A DNA stretch of 64,000 nucleotides, taken from positions 3,936,001-4,000,000 of the forward strand of contig OZ253470.1 of assembly GCA_965261735.1 (NCBI GenBank). The letters run 5' to 3'. Shown here in pieces: positions 54,573 to 63,175 of this stretch. Position 1 is the first letter of the stretch. Each line of letters starts with the position of its first letter. The notes beneath the pieces are model-generated. The model had not been told where the DNA came from and made no database searches. It saw only the letters and a list, made by a program, of their open reading frames with translations. Made by a program: the position numbers and the translations under genes. The DNA is from Alphaproteobacteria bacterium. Its GTDB lineage: Bacteria; Pseudomonadota; Alphaproteobacteria; SHVV01.

Positions 54573-55634
54573 GTGAGGCTCCAGAAGTCCAAGCTCCTTT
54601 CCACCACCGTCATTCCGGCCCTCGTCGGTGCCGGCATCGCGGCCGGCGGCGCCATCGCTTTCGTGGCGCCTGGCTACGCTTCCGGGTCGAGCCAACAGAC
54701 CTCCGGCGCGTTGCCCGCGGCCAAGCCCAATCCCGGCATCATCCGGCTAGCGGCGTGCAACCCGTGCGCGACCGCCGCCGCGTGCAATCCGTGTGCGGCC
54801 AAGAAGAATCCTTGTGCGGCCGCTGCCGCGTGCAATCCGTGTGCGGCCGGCGCCACAGCATCCAAGTGTATGATCCCGCGCCTGCAAACGGCGGCACTGA
54901 GTGCGTGCAACCCGTGCGCGGCTAAGAAGAACCCGTGTGCGACCGCTGCCGCGTGCAACCCGTGCGCGGCCAAGAAGAACCCGTGTGCGACCGCTGCCGC
55001 GTGCAACCCGTGTGCGGCCAAGAAAAACCCCTGTGCGACCGCCGCCGCGTGCAACCCGTGCGCAGCCAAAAACCCCTGCGCCGCGGCGAAGGCGTGTAAT
55101 CCGTGCAATCCGTGTGCGGCCTCGGCCGGTGCCGAGATCACCGTGGCGGAAGCTGGGGCAGCCTATGACTGCCTGATCGATGAGATGGCCGGCGGCTATG
55201 ACAGGGCCTCGCTCAAGCTGGTCGCCAACTATCGGAGTTGGACCAACGTCGCTGCGGCGCCTTACCAGTCGGCCACACACGGCAGCCGCTACGTCAACAA
55301 CTATGCCAACGCGACCGGAGCGGCGAGCTACAAGAAGTTCGAGGATGTGGGCACGATGCCGGCCGGCTCGGTCCTCGCCAAGGACAGCTTCGTCGTCAAC
55401 GCCAATGGCACCACGGCGGCCGGCCCGCTTTTCGTCATGGAGAAGCGCAACGCCGGGTTCAACGCCGACTCTTTCGACTGGGCCTATACCATGATCAACC
55501 CGGACGGCACGGTCTTCGGTGTCACCAAGGGACAGGGCTCGGCCAACGTCGAGTTCTGTATCGAATGCCATGTGAGCATGGCCGACGACCAGGATTCGCT
55601 GTTCTTCCTGCCCGAGGAGTCCCGCGTTAACTAA
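54573..55634 (+). CDS. Exported CNPC-repeat protein fused to a cytochrome P460-family domain
   Basis: 14 NPC motifs, then GSVLAKDS, LFVMEK, W.Y and C-terminal CIECH; RBS GGGAGG. Confidence 0.82.
   Translation: MRLQKSKLLSTTVIPALVGAGIAAGGAIAFVAPGYASGSSQQTSGALPAAKPNPGIIRLAACNPCATAAACNPCAAKKNPCAAAAACNPCAAGATASKCMIPRLQTAALSACNPCAAKKNPCATAAACNPCAAKKNPCATAAACNPCAAKKNPCATAAACNPCAAKNPCAAAKACNPCNPCAASAGAEITVAEAGAAYDCLIDEMAGGYDRASLKLVANYRSWTNVAAAPYQSATHGSRYVNNYANATGAASYKKFEDVGTMPAGSVLAKDSFVVNANGTTAAGPLFVMEKRNAGFNADSFDWAYTMINPDGTVFGVTKGQGSANVEFCIECHVSMADDQDSLFFLPEESRVN
54903..55080 (+). repeat. 48-bp coding tandem repeat (ACNPCAAKKNPCATAA)
   Basis: Units start at 54903, 54951, 54999 and 55047 (last one partial). 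Confidence 0.9.
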
Positions 55635-55823
55635 GTCGGTTCTCCGACCGGCCCCACAGGGCTGGCTACCGACACACAGCGCCGCGGGCCGAGTGATTGG
55701 CCCGCGGCGTTTGTTTTCGCCGGGCGACAAGAATGAGTTTCGCAGGCGCGGTCGCGGCCCTGGACGCCGGGCTACCAATCCCCTTGAATGGCGTCGCGGG
55801 ATGCCTGCGAGGACGGACGCACG

Positions 55824-56543
55824 ATGAACGATCTCAGTCGGCAGCCGCGCGATGCCCTGATGCGGATGGTCGCCGCCGGTGAGCGCATCCTCGAATGCTA
55901 CCGTGTCCTCAAGAAAACGCAGGACAACGTCGTCGGCGAACTGCTACGCGGCCAGGGCGAGTTCTTCGAGTGGGACCACTATCCCAAGGGGGATATCTAC
56001 GACCACGTAACCCACTCGCAGTACTACTACCACGCCCATCCCACCGAGCTGCGGGGCGGCGAGCACGGCCACTTCCACACCTTCCTCCGCCCCAAGGGTA
56101 TGCCGCCGGGGATCGCGCCCGCGCCATTGCCCGACCTGGAATTGCCTGAAGACGAAGACGACGCGCTGTCACATCTGATCGCGATTTCGATGAATCCGGC
56201 CGGCTACCCTATCCGCCTCTTCACCACCAATCGATGGGTAACGGGCGAGGTCTGGTACGTGGCCGACGATGTTATTCGCATGCTCGACGATTTTGCGATC
56301 GATCTCGCGCGGCCGTCGTGGCCGGCCAACCTTTGGGTGAGCGACATGCTGCGCCTGTTCCGCCCGCAGACAGAAGTGTTGATCAGGCGCCGCGACGACG
56401 CGGTCGCCGCCTGGCGGGAGGGGCACGCCGGCAGCGACGTCTACGAGGACCGCGACTTCGAGATCGCCTCGTCGACGTCGATCTCGGTTGAGGCGCAGAT
56501 GCGTCGGCTCAGAGAGGCGCTGAAGGCGAAGGACACGAGCTAG
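55824..56543 (+). CDS. His-rich hypothetical protein (DUF6969-like)
   Basis: HYP.GD, YYYHAH, EHGHFHTF, HLIAIS, LFTTNRWVT motifs; family label from memory. Confidence 0.65.
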   Translation: MNDLSRQPRDALMRMVAAGERILECYRVLKKTQDNVVGELLRGQGEFFEWDHYPKGDIYDHVTHSQYYYHAHPTELRGGEHGHFHTFLRPKGMPPGIAPAPLPDLELPEDEDDALSHLIAISMNPAGYPIRLFTTNRWVTGEVWYVADDVIRMLDDFAIDLARPSWPANLWVSDMLRLFRPQTEVLIRRRDDAVAAWREGHAGSDVYEDRDFEIASSTSISVEAQMRRLREALKAKDTS

Positions 56544-56557
56544 CCGCCGGTCGCGGA

Positions 56558-57430
56558 CTATTGTGCACCGCCGATCCCGTATTTGGGGATGATCGGGTCC
56601 TTGGTGCGGGCGACAATTCCCTGCGGGCGGAAGATCATCATCGCGACGACCAGAAGCCCCTCGACCATGAGGCGGTACTCGGGCGGCACCCCCGCGAATT
56701 GAAGTATCCACTGCAGCGAGTAGAGGATGCCGGCGCCGGCCACCGGGCCCCAGAAGGACTGGACGCCGCCGAGAATGGGGGCGAGGACGATGTCGATCGA
56801 GTTGTAGAACCCGAACTCGACGGGCGAGATGGTGCCGGCGCGGTGCGCGTAGAGAGCGCCCCCGATGCCGGTCAGGCCGCACCCCAGCACCCACGCCAGC
56901 ACCTTCATGCGGCGCACGTCGACGCCGCGGGTCGCCGCCGCCACCTCGTTGTCGCGCACCGTACGGAAGGCCAGGCCAAAGCGTGACCGATCGAGGCGGT
57001 AGACAAAGAAGATCGCGAGCGCCGCCACGACCAGAACCTGAGGCCACTCGGTCTCCATCGGAATGGTGCCGAAGCCACCGGCACCGCCGATGTAGTCGAT
57101 ATTGAGCCAGAGCGTGACGAGGGCCTCGCTCAGCGCGAAGGTGGCGATCCCGAGATAGATGCCGCGCAGCTTTAGGCCCAGCAGGGTGCCGACCAGTAAG
57201 CCGGTCACCGCGCCGACCAACCCACACAGCGGGATCGCGAGGTAGTAGGACAGCCCCCACTTGACCACCAGGATGGCCGAGCTGTAAGCGGCGATGCCTA
57301 GGAATGCGGCGTGCCCGAATGAGACCTGCCCGGACGTGAGGATGATGTAGACGCCGAGCGCCGGCAGCAGGTAGACGCCGTAGTCCGTGAGGATATCGAC
57401 GATCAGGTTGACCCACACGAACAGGGGCAC
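56558..57430 (-). CDS. Branched-chain amino acid-type ABC permease (LivM-like)
   Basis: GQVSFGHAAF, LRGIYL.IAT, RDNE.AA. Confidence 0.88.
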   Translation of the reverse strand: MPLFVWVNLIVDILTDYGVYLLPALGVYIILTSGQVSFGHAAFLGIAAYSSAILVVKWGLSYYLAIPLCGLVGAVTGLLVGTLLGLKLRGIYLGIATFALSEALVTLWLNIDYIGGAGGFGTIPMETEWPQVLVVAALAIFFVYRLDRSRFGLAFRTVRDNEVAAATRGVDVRRMKVLAWVLGCGLTGIGGALYAHRAGTISPVEFGFYNSIDIVLAPILGGVQSFWGPVAGAGILYSLQWILQFAGVPPEYRLMVEGLLVVAMMIFRPQGIVARTKDPIIPKYGIGGAQ

Positions 57431-57433
57431 GGC

Positions 57434-58318
57434 TCAGGCCTCCTCGCGCACCCGACCCTGCTCGCCGAACAGCCCCGAGGGGCGAACGAGCAGGATCAGC
57501 GTGAGACCGCCATAGGCGACGAAGTCGCGGTAGCTCGACTGGCCGAAACCGACGGCGAGCGCCTCGAGCACGCCGAGCACGATTCCCACAACCAGGCAGC
57601 CCATCATGTTGCCGAGCCCAGCGACGATGAGCACGACGATCGCCTTGAGGCCGAGCTGATTGCCGATAAAGGGCCAGGTCGATCCGTAGGTCGTCGCGTC
57701 GACGAGGCCGGCGAAGCCGCCGAGGGCCGAGGCGAACATGAAGGTGAGCACGGTCACGCGGGCAACGTCGATGCCCACGCACTTGGCCAGACTCGGGCTC
57801 TGGGCGACCACACGGATGGCCTTACCCATTTTCGTGTAGCGGACGAAATAGGCCATGGCCGCGACCACGCCGAGAGAGATGAAGAGCAGGAACACCTGCA
57901 GGTTGGAGACCTCGGCCGTACCGATGAGCGGGAAGAAGGAGACATCGAACGGGCGCGGAAAGAGGCGCGCGGTGGGATAAGCCAAGTTGGCGACGAAGTT
58001 GTCGAGAAACAGTGCCGCACCGAACGTGGCGACGGCAATGGTCCAGGGATTGCCCTTCATAGGCCGCACGGCGACTCGTTCGACAACAAGGCCGATGAGG
58101 GCCGAGCAGGCGATGCCGAAGAAGCATGCGAGCCAGAAGCTCCCGGTCCACCGGGCCAACAGCAGGAGGGCGCCATAGGAGGCGATCATGGCCACCGAGC
58201 CGTGCGCAAACGTGAAGATGTTGAGCACGCCGAAAATGAGGTTGTAGCCGAGCGCCAGGATGGCGTAGACGGCGCCGGCGCTGATGCCGGTGGCTATCTG
58301 CTCGATCAAGACGGGCAT
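57434..58318 (-). CDS. Branched-chain amino acid-type ABC permease (LivH-like)
   Basis: YAILALGY.LIFG, FAHG, TKMGKAIR, RPSGLFG. Confidence 0.88.
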   Translation of the reverse strand: MPVLIEQIATGISAGAVYAILALGYNLIFGVLNIFTFAHGSVAMIASYGALLLLARWTGSFWLACFFGIACSALIGLVVERVAVRPMKGNPWTIAVATFGAALFLDNFVANLAYPTARLFPRPFDVSFFPLIGTAEVSNLQVFLLFISLGVVAAMAYFVRYTKMGKAIRVVAQSPSLAKCVGIDVARVTVLTFMFASALGGFAGLVDATTYGSTWPFIGNQLGLKAIVVLIVAGLGNMMGCLVVGIVLGVLEALAVGFGQSSYRDFVAYGGLTLILLVRPSGLFGEQGRVREEA

Positions 58319-58366
58319 GTCTGCGCCGACCCTCGCTGCCCAGTTGCGGTCGGGGCCGCGGCTCCG

Positions 58367-59188
58367 CTAAGCCCCGAGGTAGACCCTGATCACATCGGGG
58401 TTGTCGCGGATATCCTGCGACGTCCCCTCGGCGATCTTTTCGCCGTGGTTCAACACCGCCACCCAATCCGAGATCCTCATGACCACCGACATCTTGTGCT
58501 CGATGAAGAGGATAGTCTTGTGGCGCGCCTTCAAGTCCTCGATCAACGCCAACATCTCACCGATCCAAACCGGATTCAGCCCCTGCGTCGGCTCATCCAT
58601 GAGGATCAGCGAGGGCTCGGTCACGAGGGCGTTGGCGATCTCGACCATGCGCTGTTCCCCGAGGGAGCATGTGTGCGGGTAGTCGAACCGGCGCGGATAG
58701 AGCCGCCCGCCGCCGACCTCGGCGAGGACCGCCTCGGCGCGCGCGCGCGCGCGCTGGCGCTCGCGGCGCTCGCGCGGCAGGCACAGGGCGGCCTCGAAGA
58801 CGCTCGTCGAGCTTCCGGCAAATTGCGACAACTCGACGTTCTCGAGAAGCGTCAACGTGGGAAACAGGCGGGTGCTCTGGAAGGTGCGCGCGATGCCGAG
58901 CCCGGCGATTTTGTGCGGAGGGAGATCGGTTATCGATCGACCCTTGAATCGCTTGTCGCCGCTGTCGGCCCGCAGCGTGCCCGAGATCACGTTGAACAGC
59001 GTGGTCTTGCCCGATCCGTTAGGACCGATCACACACATGACCTTGCCCTCGTGGAGCGCGAGGTCGACGCCGTTCAGCGCGACCAATCCGCCGAAGCGCT
59101 TGGTCAGGCCGCGGACCTCGAAGAAGGCGTCGCCCGTGGCGGCCGCTGACATCGGGCCCGCGCTCGGCGCCGGGCTCGCCGCGCTCAT
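58367..59188 (-). CDS. ABC ATP-binding protein (LivG-like)
   Basis: GPNGSGKTT, ARTFQ, MDEP, IEH.M, V..VYLG. Confidence 0.9.
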   Translation of the reverse strand: MSAASPAPSAGPMSAAATGDAFFEVRGLTKRFGGLVALNGVDLALHEGKVMCVIGPNGSGKTTLFNVISGTLRADSGDKRFKGRSITDLPPHKIAGLGIARTFQSTRLFPTLTLLENVELSQFAGSSTSVFEAALCLPRERRERQRARARAEAVLAEVGGGRLYPRRFDYPHTCSLGEQRMVEIANALVTEPSLILMDEPTQGLNPVWIGEMLALIEDLKARHKTILFIEHKMSVVMRISDWVAVLNHGEKIAEGTSQDIRDNPDVIRVYLGA

Positions 59189-59841
59189 TTTTTCTTCGCC
59201 TCCGGGTCCGGCCCCAAATCCGGAAACGGCAGCGGGAAGACGTGGTCGATCACCGCGTAGTCCATATAGCCCATGCGCGCGAGCGGGCGAAACTTGGACG
59301 CATCGACCATGCCGTCGGTCATGATGTCATCGTTGATGTGAACGCCGATGATCTTGCCGAGGACGAGGAAATAGGGATTGCTGACGTGGGTCGCCGGCTT
59401 ATTGGCGAGTAATTCCACCGTCTTGACATAGACGCCTTCGAGATGAATGGGCGAGGCCTTGACGCGTGGCGGCTTGACCAGGTGCGAGGGCGTCATCTCG
59501 AGCCCCGCGAGCCCGACCTCGCTGACGTCGCGTCCGACGTGAGTGGCCGTCACGCTCTGCTGCTCGCGCAACTCCCAGGTGACGAAGTTGGCGACGAATT
59601 CGCCCGTCTCCTCGAGGTTCTTTTGCGTATCGGTGACCCCGCCCTCGAGGTGCTGGCTGCCGGCGCCGAGCATGACCTGCGGCGGATCGAGGGCGACCCC
59701 GTTGAAGAAGCTGAAAGGCGCTAGGTTGATGACGCCGGCGCGGCTGATGGTCGTGATCCAGCCGATGGGCCGAGGCACGACGCAGCTCAGGAAGGGATCG
59801 TGAGGCAAGCCATGTTGGTTGCCTTCCGTTTCGTAGAACAT
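59185..59841 (-). CDS. Flavin reductase family protein
   Basis: VPRPIGWITT, NLAPFSFF, PLARMG. Confidence 0.88.
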   Translation of the reverse strand: MFYETEGNQHGLPHDPFLSCVVPRPIGWITTISRAGVINLAPFSFFNGVALDPPQVMLGAGSQHLEGGVTDTQKNLEETGEFVANFVTWELREQQSVTATHVGRDVSEVGLAGLEMTPSHLVKPPRVKASPIHLEGVYVKTVELLANKPATHVSNPYFLVLGKIIGVHINDDIMTDGMVDASKFRPLARMGYMDYAVIDHVFPLPFPDLGPDPEAKKK

Positions 59842-59971
59842 GGCGGCAATCTCACTGTTCAAAGGGCGGAGCTGGCCGGCGCGGGTGCAGATCGCGCCGG
59901 CCAGTCCCGCGGCGGCTGCCGCGGGACCCTATGCCGTCAAGCGCCCGAGCGGTGCCTCGGGCGGTCGACCC

Positions 59972-61123
59972 CTACTTCCAGGGGAGGACCTTACCGTCGG
60001 TCCATATCATGAGCTGCGGCACCGCCCGCTTCACGTCACCGGGGCCGTTCCACTGCACCGTGCCGCTAATCGTATCCAACTTGACCTTGGAAAACGCGTC
60101 GCGGATCGACTCGCGCGTTAGCTCCTCCGCGGCGTTCATGACCTGAGCCAAGACCAGCACCGAGTCGTAAGCGCCCGTCATGTAGTTGTCGGGGAAATTG
60201 TCGGCCTCGCCAGAATACTCCCGCCACGTCTTGATCCATTCCTGGACCATCAGCCGCTCGTCCTCGGGCGACCACAGCCCAAACGTTAGGGTGCCCTCGG
60301 CCCTTCCCTCCGACAGCTTCCAGTAGTCCACGGCGTTGATGAAGTTGTCAGAGATAATACGGGCGTTGACGCCGCGCTCGCGGAGCTGCTTGACGAACGT
60401 CCCCGCATCGGTCGGTAGCGACGCGCTGATCGAGACGATGTCGGGATTGGCCGCCCGCAGCGCCACCACAATCGACGAGAAGTTGGTCTCCTTGCTCTTG
60501 TACGAATGCTCGGCGACGATCTTGACGCCCAAATCTTCCAGGCTCTTGCGGAAGATCCTGCCGTTCTGAACCGTCGAATCGTCGTCGTTGGAGTAGACGA
60601 TGGCCGCGGTCTTGAAGCCGAATCGTTCCTTCGCCTTCTTGTAGAGGACTGGCATCACGTCGGCCGCCATGGGCAGGTAACGGAAGCTCCAGCTGCCGAA
60701 GCTCGGTAGCGTCCAGTGGCCGCCCGAACCCGAGTTGAACACCGGGATCTTGTGCTCCTCGATGAGGTCGAAGGTGGCGAAGTGGGCCTTGGTCAGGTCG
60801 GGCCCGTGGAACACGATGACGTTGGGGTCCGAGGCGAGACGGCGAAACTCGGTGGCCCACCCGAGCACCTCGGGGTAAGGCACCGCGACCTTGTAGTACT
60901 CGACGGGCCGGCCGTGGATGCCCCCCATTTCGTTCACCTTCTTCACCGCGGGCACGATCGAGGTGTCCCATATCTTGGCGGCGTAATCGGCGAACGCACC
61001 CTCGAACGCGGTCCCGAAGGGGATCCGAATGGGCTCCCCGCTCTGCGCGTTAGCGGCACCCCCGGCGATTAGTAAGGGGAGTGCGAGTACTGCGGTAAGC
61101 ATGGCTAACCATTTACGACTCAT
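59972..61123 (-). CDS. ABC substrate-binding protein (LivK-like fold)
   Basis: Signal peptide, VNEMGGIHGR, NPD.V, YDSV. Confidence 0.85.
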   Translation of the reverse strand: MSRKWLAMLTAVLALPLLIAGGAANAQSGEPIRIPFGTAFEGAFADYAAKIWDTSIVPAVKKVNEMGGIHGRPVEYYKVAVPYPEVLGWATEFRRLASDPNVIVFHGPDLTKAHFATFDLIEEHKIPVFNSGSGGHWTLPSFGSWSFRYLPMAADVMPVLYKKAKERFGFKTAAIVYSNDDDSTVQNGRIFRKSLEDLGVKIVAEHSYKSKETNFSSIVVALRAANPDIVSISASLPTDAGTFVKQLRERGVNARIISDNFINAVDYWKLSEGRAEGTLTFGLWSPEDERLMVQEWIKTWREYSGEADNFPDNYMTGAYDSVLVLAQVMNAAEELTRESIRDAFSKVKLDTISGTVQWNGPGDVKRAVPQLMIWTDGKVLPWK

Positions 61124-61188
61124 GACGTCCTCCCTTGCTGGGTCTTTTTCCGATATCCGCGCTAGGCTACGGCGCGCAAGGTTGGCGC

Positions 61189-62025
61189 TTAACGCTCGAT
61201 GAATTCGACCACCTCGCGGTTGAATCGCTCCGGGTGCTCGATATAGGGCAGGTGGCCGCACTCCTCGTAGATGATGAGTTCGGCGTTGGGCATCCGCTTC
61301 ACCCCCGCCACGGTTTTCTCGACCGACACGCGGACGTCGTTGCGCCCGGTGAAGACGACAGTCGGCGCCTCGATCTTCTCGAGGCGCTCCTCGATCCGAT
61401 AGGCCACCATGGATTTCGTGGCGTTGACGCGGTTGCGGTTGGCGCGGGTGTAGAAGTCGAGCATGCCGGGCCGCGCATAGTGCGTGAGCTGCGCCAGGAT
61501 GATGCCTTCGGGCACCACCGTGGGGTCGTAGCAGATGTTGCCGAGCCGCTTGCGGCAGGTCTCGAGGGTCGCGTCGCCGATCGCCTTCGAGGCGTTCTGA
61601 AACGACCCCTCCATGGCCTTTTTCCAATCCTCCTCGGTGTCGAAGGAGGAGCTGCTGCCGGTCATGATGATCTTTTCCACTTGCTCGGGTCGCTCGAAGT
61701 AGAGCAGCCCAGAGATCAACGCCCCGTAGGAGCTGCCGCCGACGACGTATTTCTTGAGGCCGATCGCGTCGATGAAGGCGTACAGGTGGTTCATCGTGTG
61801 GGGCTGCGGGATGTCGTCGCCGAGATCGATGAAATCGGTCATGCCGTGACCGAGGAGGTCCGGCGCATAAACCGCGTACTTGGCGCTGAGCTCGTCGATG
61901 TTGCAGCACCAAGTGTCCGCCGATACGCCGCCGCCGTGAATCAGGAGTAGCTTCTTCTCGTTCGCCTCGCCCTCACAGATGTAGCGCGTGTTGATTCCGT
62001 TGACGTCGATGTAGCGCATGCGCAT
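61189..62025 (-). CDS. Alpha/beta hydrolase, paralog of 16872-17699
   Basis: LIHG, PDLLGHG, GGSSYGAL, CGHLP. Confidence 0.9.
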   Translation of the reverse strand: MRMRYIDVNGINTRYICEGEANEKKLLLIHGGGVSADTWCCNIDELSAKYAVYAPDLLGHGMTDFIDLGDDIPQPHTMNHLYAFIDAIGLKKYVVGGSSYGALISGLLYFERPEQVEKIIMTGSSSSFDTEEDWKKAMEGSFQNASKAIGDATLETCRKRLGNICYDPTVVPEGIILAQLTHYARPGMLDFYTRANRNRVNATKSMVAYRIEERLEKIEAPTVVFTGRNDVRVSVEKTVAGVKRMPNAELIIYEECGHLPYIEHPERFNREVVEFIER

Positions 62026-62165
62026 GGCGGTTATTCCTCCCGGTGGCTCTGGCCGCGGCCGGCGGCTCCATGGGCCAACACACATTATACGAAAGCGACA
62101 ATCCGGATACGAAGCGACAATCCGGCCGCCAAGGGTAGTGAGCCGGCGACGCCCGTGCCGTCGCG

Positions 62166-63086
62166 CTACCCTAGCTTGGCCTCCATGACCTTGACCAGCG
62201 CGGTGACGACCTCATTGTAGGGTGCGCTCAGGCCCACTTCATGCGCCGCGCCCGGGATGGCACCGTTGATCACGTCGACCTCGGAGCGCCGGCCCGCCAT
62301 CAGGTCGTGGGCCATCGACGAGCGCGCGCCTGGGATCGTTTCGCCAAAGGCGCGTACGTAGCGCTCCAGGTCATCGAAGCCGAGCGCGATCCCCTTGGCG
62401 CGCGCCGCGTCATAGGCCTCGCGCGCGCAACCGGACGCAACGCGCCACCCATCTGCATCCGCCATCACCTCGGCCACCGTGAGCCCGGTGACGGTGGTGC
62501 TGCCGCTGAAGCACACGTTACAGATCAGCTTCTCCCACACCATCTGCTGGATATCGTCGAAGGTCTTGACGCGAAAACCGGCTTCGCGCCAGACGGTGGC
62601 AGCGCGCTCGAGCCGCTCCGTCACCGGGCCGTCGCTCTCGCCCAGCCGGACCAGCTCCCAGCCGTTGTGGTGCGTGTGGCCGGGCGCGACCATCGCGGCG
62701 CCGAAGCCGCCGACCACACCGATCGCGACGCGCTCGGCGCCGAGCGCGGCCGCCACCTTGGCGCTGCTGCCGAGACCGTTCTGGATCGCCAGCACCAGGG
62801 TGTCGGCACCCACCATCGGCTGCGCCGCCGCGCTCGCCTCGGCCACGTCCATCGCCTTGGTCGCGACGATCACGAGTTCGCAGACACCGGCATCCCCCGG
62901 GTCCGTCGTCGCGTTGAGGCGCACCGTGCGGTCGCCGCTCGCGCCCTCGACGCGCAGGCCGCCGGCGCGGATGGCCTCGATGTGCTCGCGCCAGCGGTCG
63001 ACGGCCCACACCTCATTGCCGGCGTCGGCCATCAACCCGGCATAGATCGAGCCCATGGCGCCCGTGCCGACGATACCGATCTTCAT
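62166..63086 (-). CDS. Ketopantoate reductase family protein
   Basis: G.GAMG, ATKA, QNGLG, WEKL, SSM..D, SEVD.ING. Confidence 0.9.
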   Translation of the reverse strand: MKIGIVGTGAMGSIYAGLMADAGNEVWAVDRWREHIEAIRAGGLRVEGASGDRTVRLNATTDPGDAGVCELVIVATKAMDVAEASAAAQPMVGADTLVLAIQNGLGSSAKVAAALGAERVAIGVVGGFGAAMVAPGHTHHNGWELVRLGESDGPVTERLERAATVWREAGFRVKTFDDIQQMVWEKLICNVCFSGSTTVTGLTVAEVMADADGWRVASGCAREAYDAARAKGIALGFDDLERYVRAFGETIPGARSSMAHDLMAGRRSEVDVINGAIPGAAHEVGLSAPYNEVVTALVKVMEAKLG

Positions 63087-63175
63087 GGTGTTGCCCTCGC
63101 ACCGCTCGCGGGCTGGCCGTCCGCGCTCAGCATACGCTACCGTTCGGGTCCGACAAACCGCCTCCGTGTAAGGGC

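Noticed and set aside
54747-55120. Regular repeats as a possible CRISPR array
   Set aside because: The repeats are in-frame coding units with synonymous variation, have no unique spacers, and no cas genes are nearby.
54573-55120. CNPC motifs as a multiheme cytochrome
   Set aside because: The motifs lack the His of CxxCH; only the C-terminal CIECH qualifies.
54190-55634. Selenoprotein read-through in the Cys-rich genes
   Set aside because: Both ORFs end in TAA and no in-frame TGA is seen.
59972-61912. 646-aa fusion ORF
   Set aside because: The first part is an off-frame overlap of the hydrolase gene; the real binding protein starts at 61123 after an RBS.
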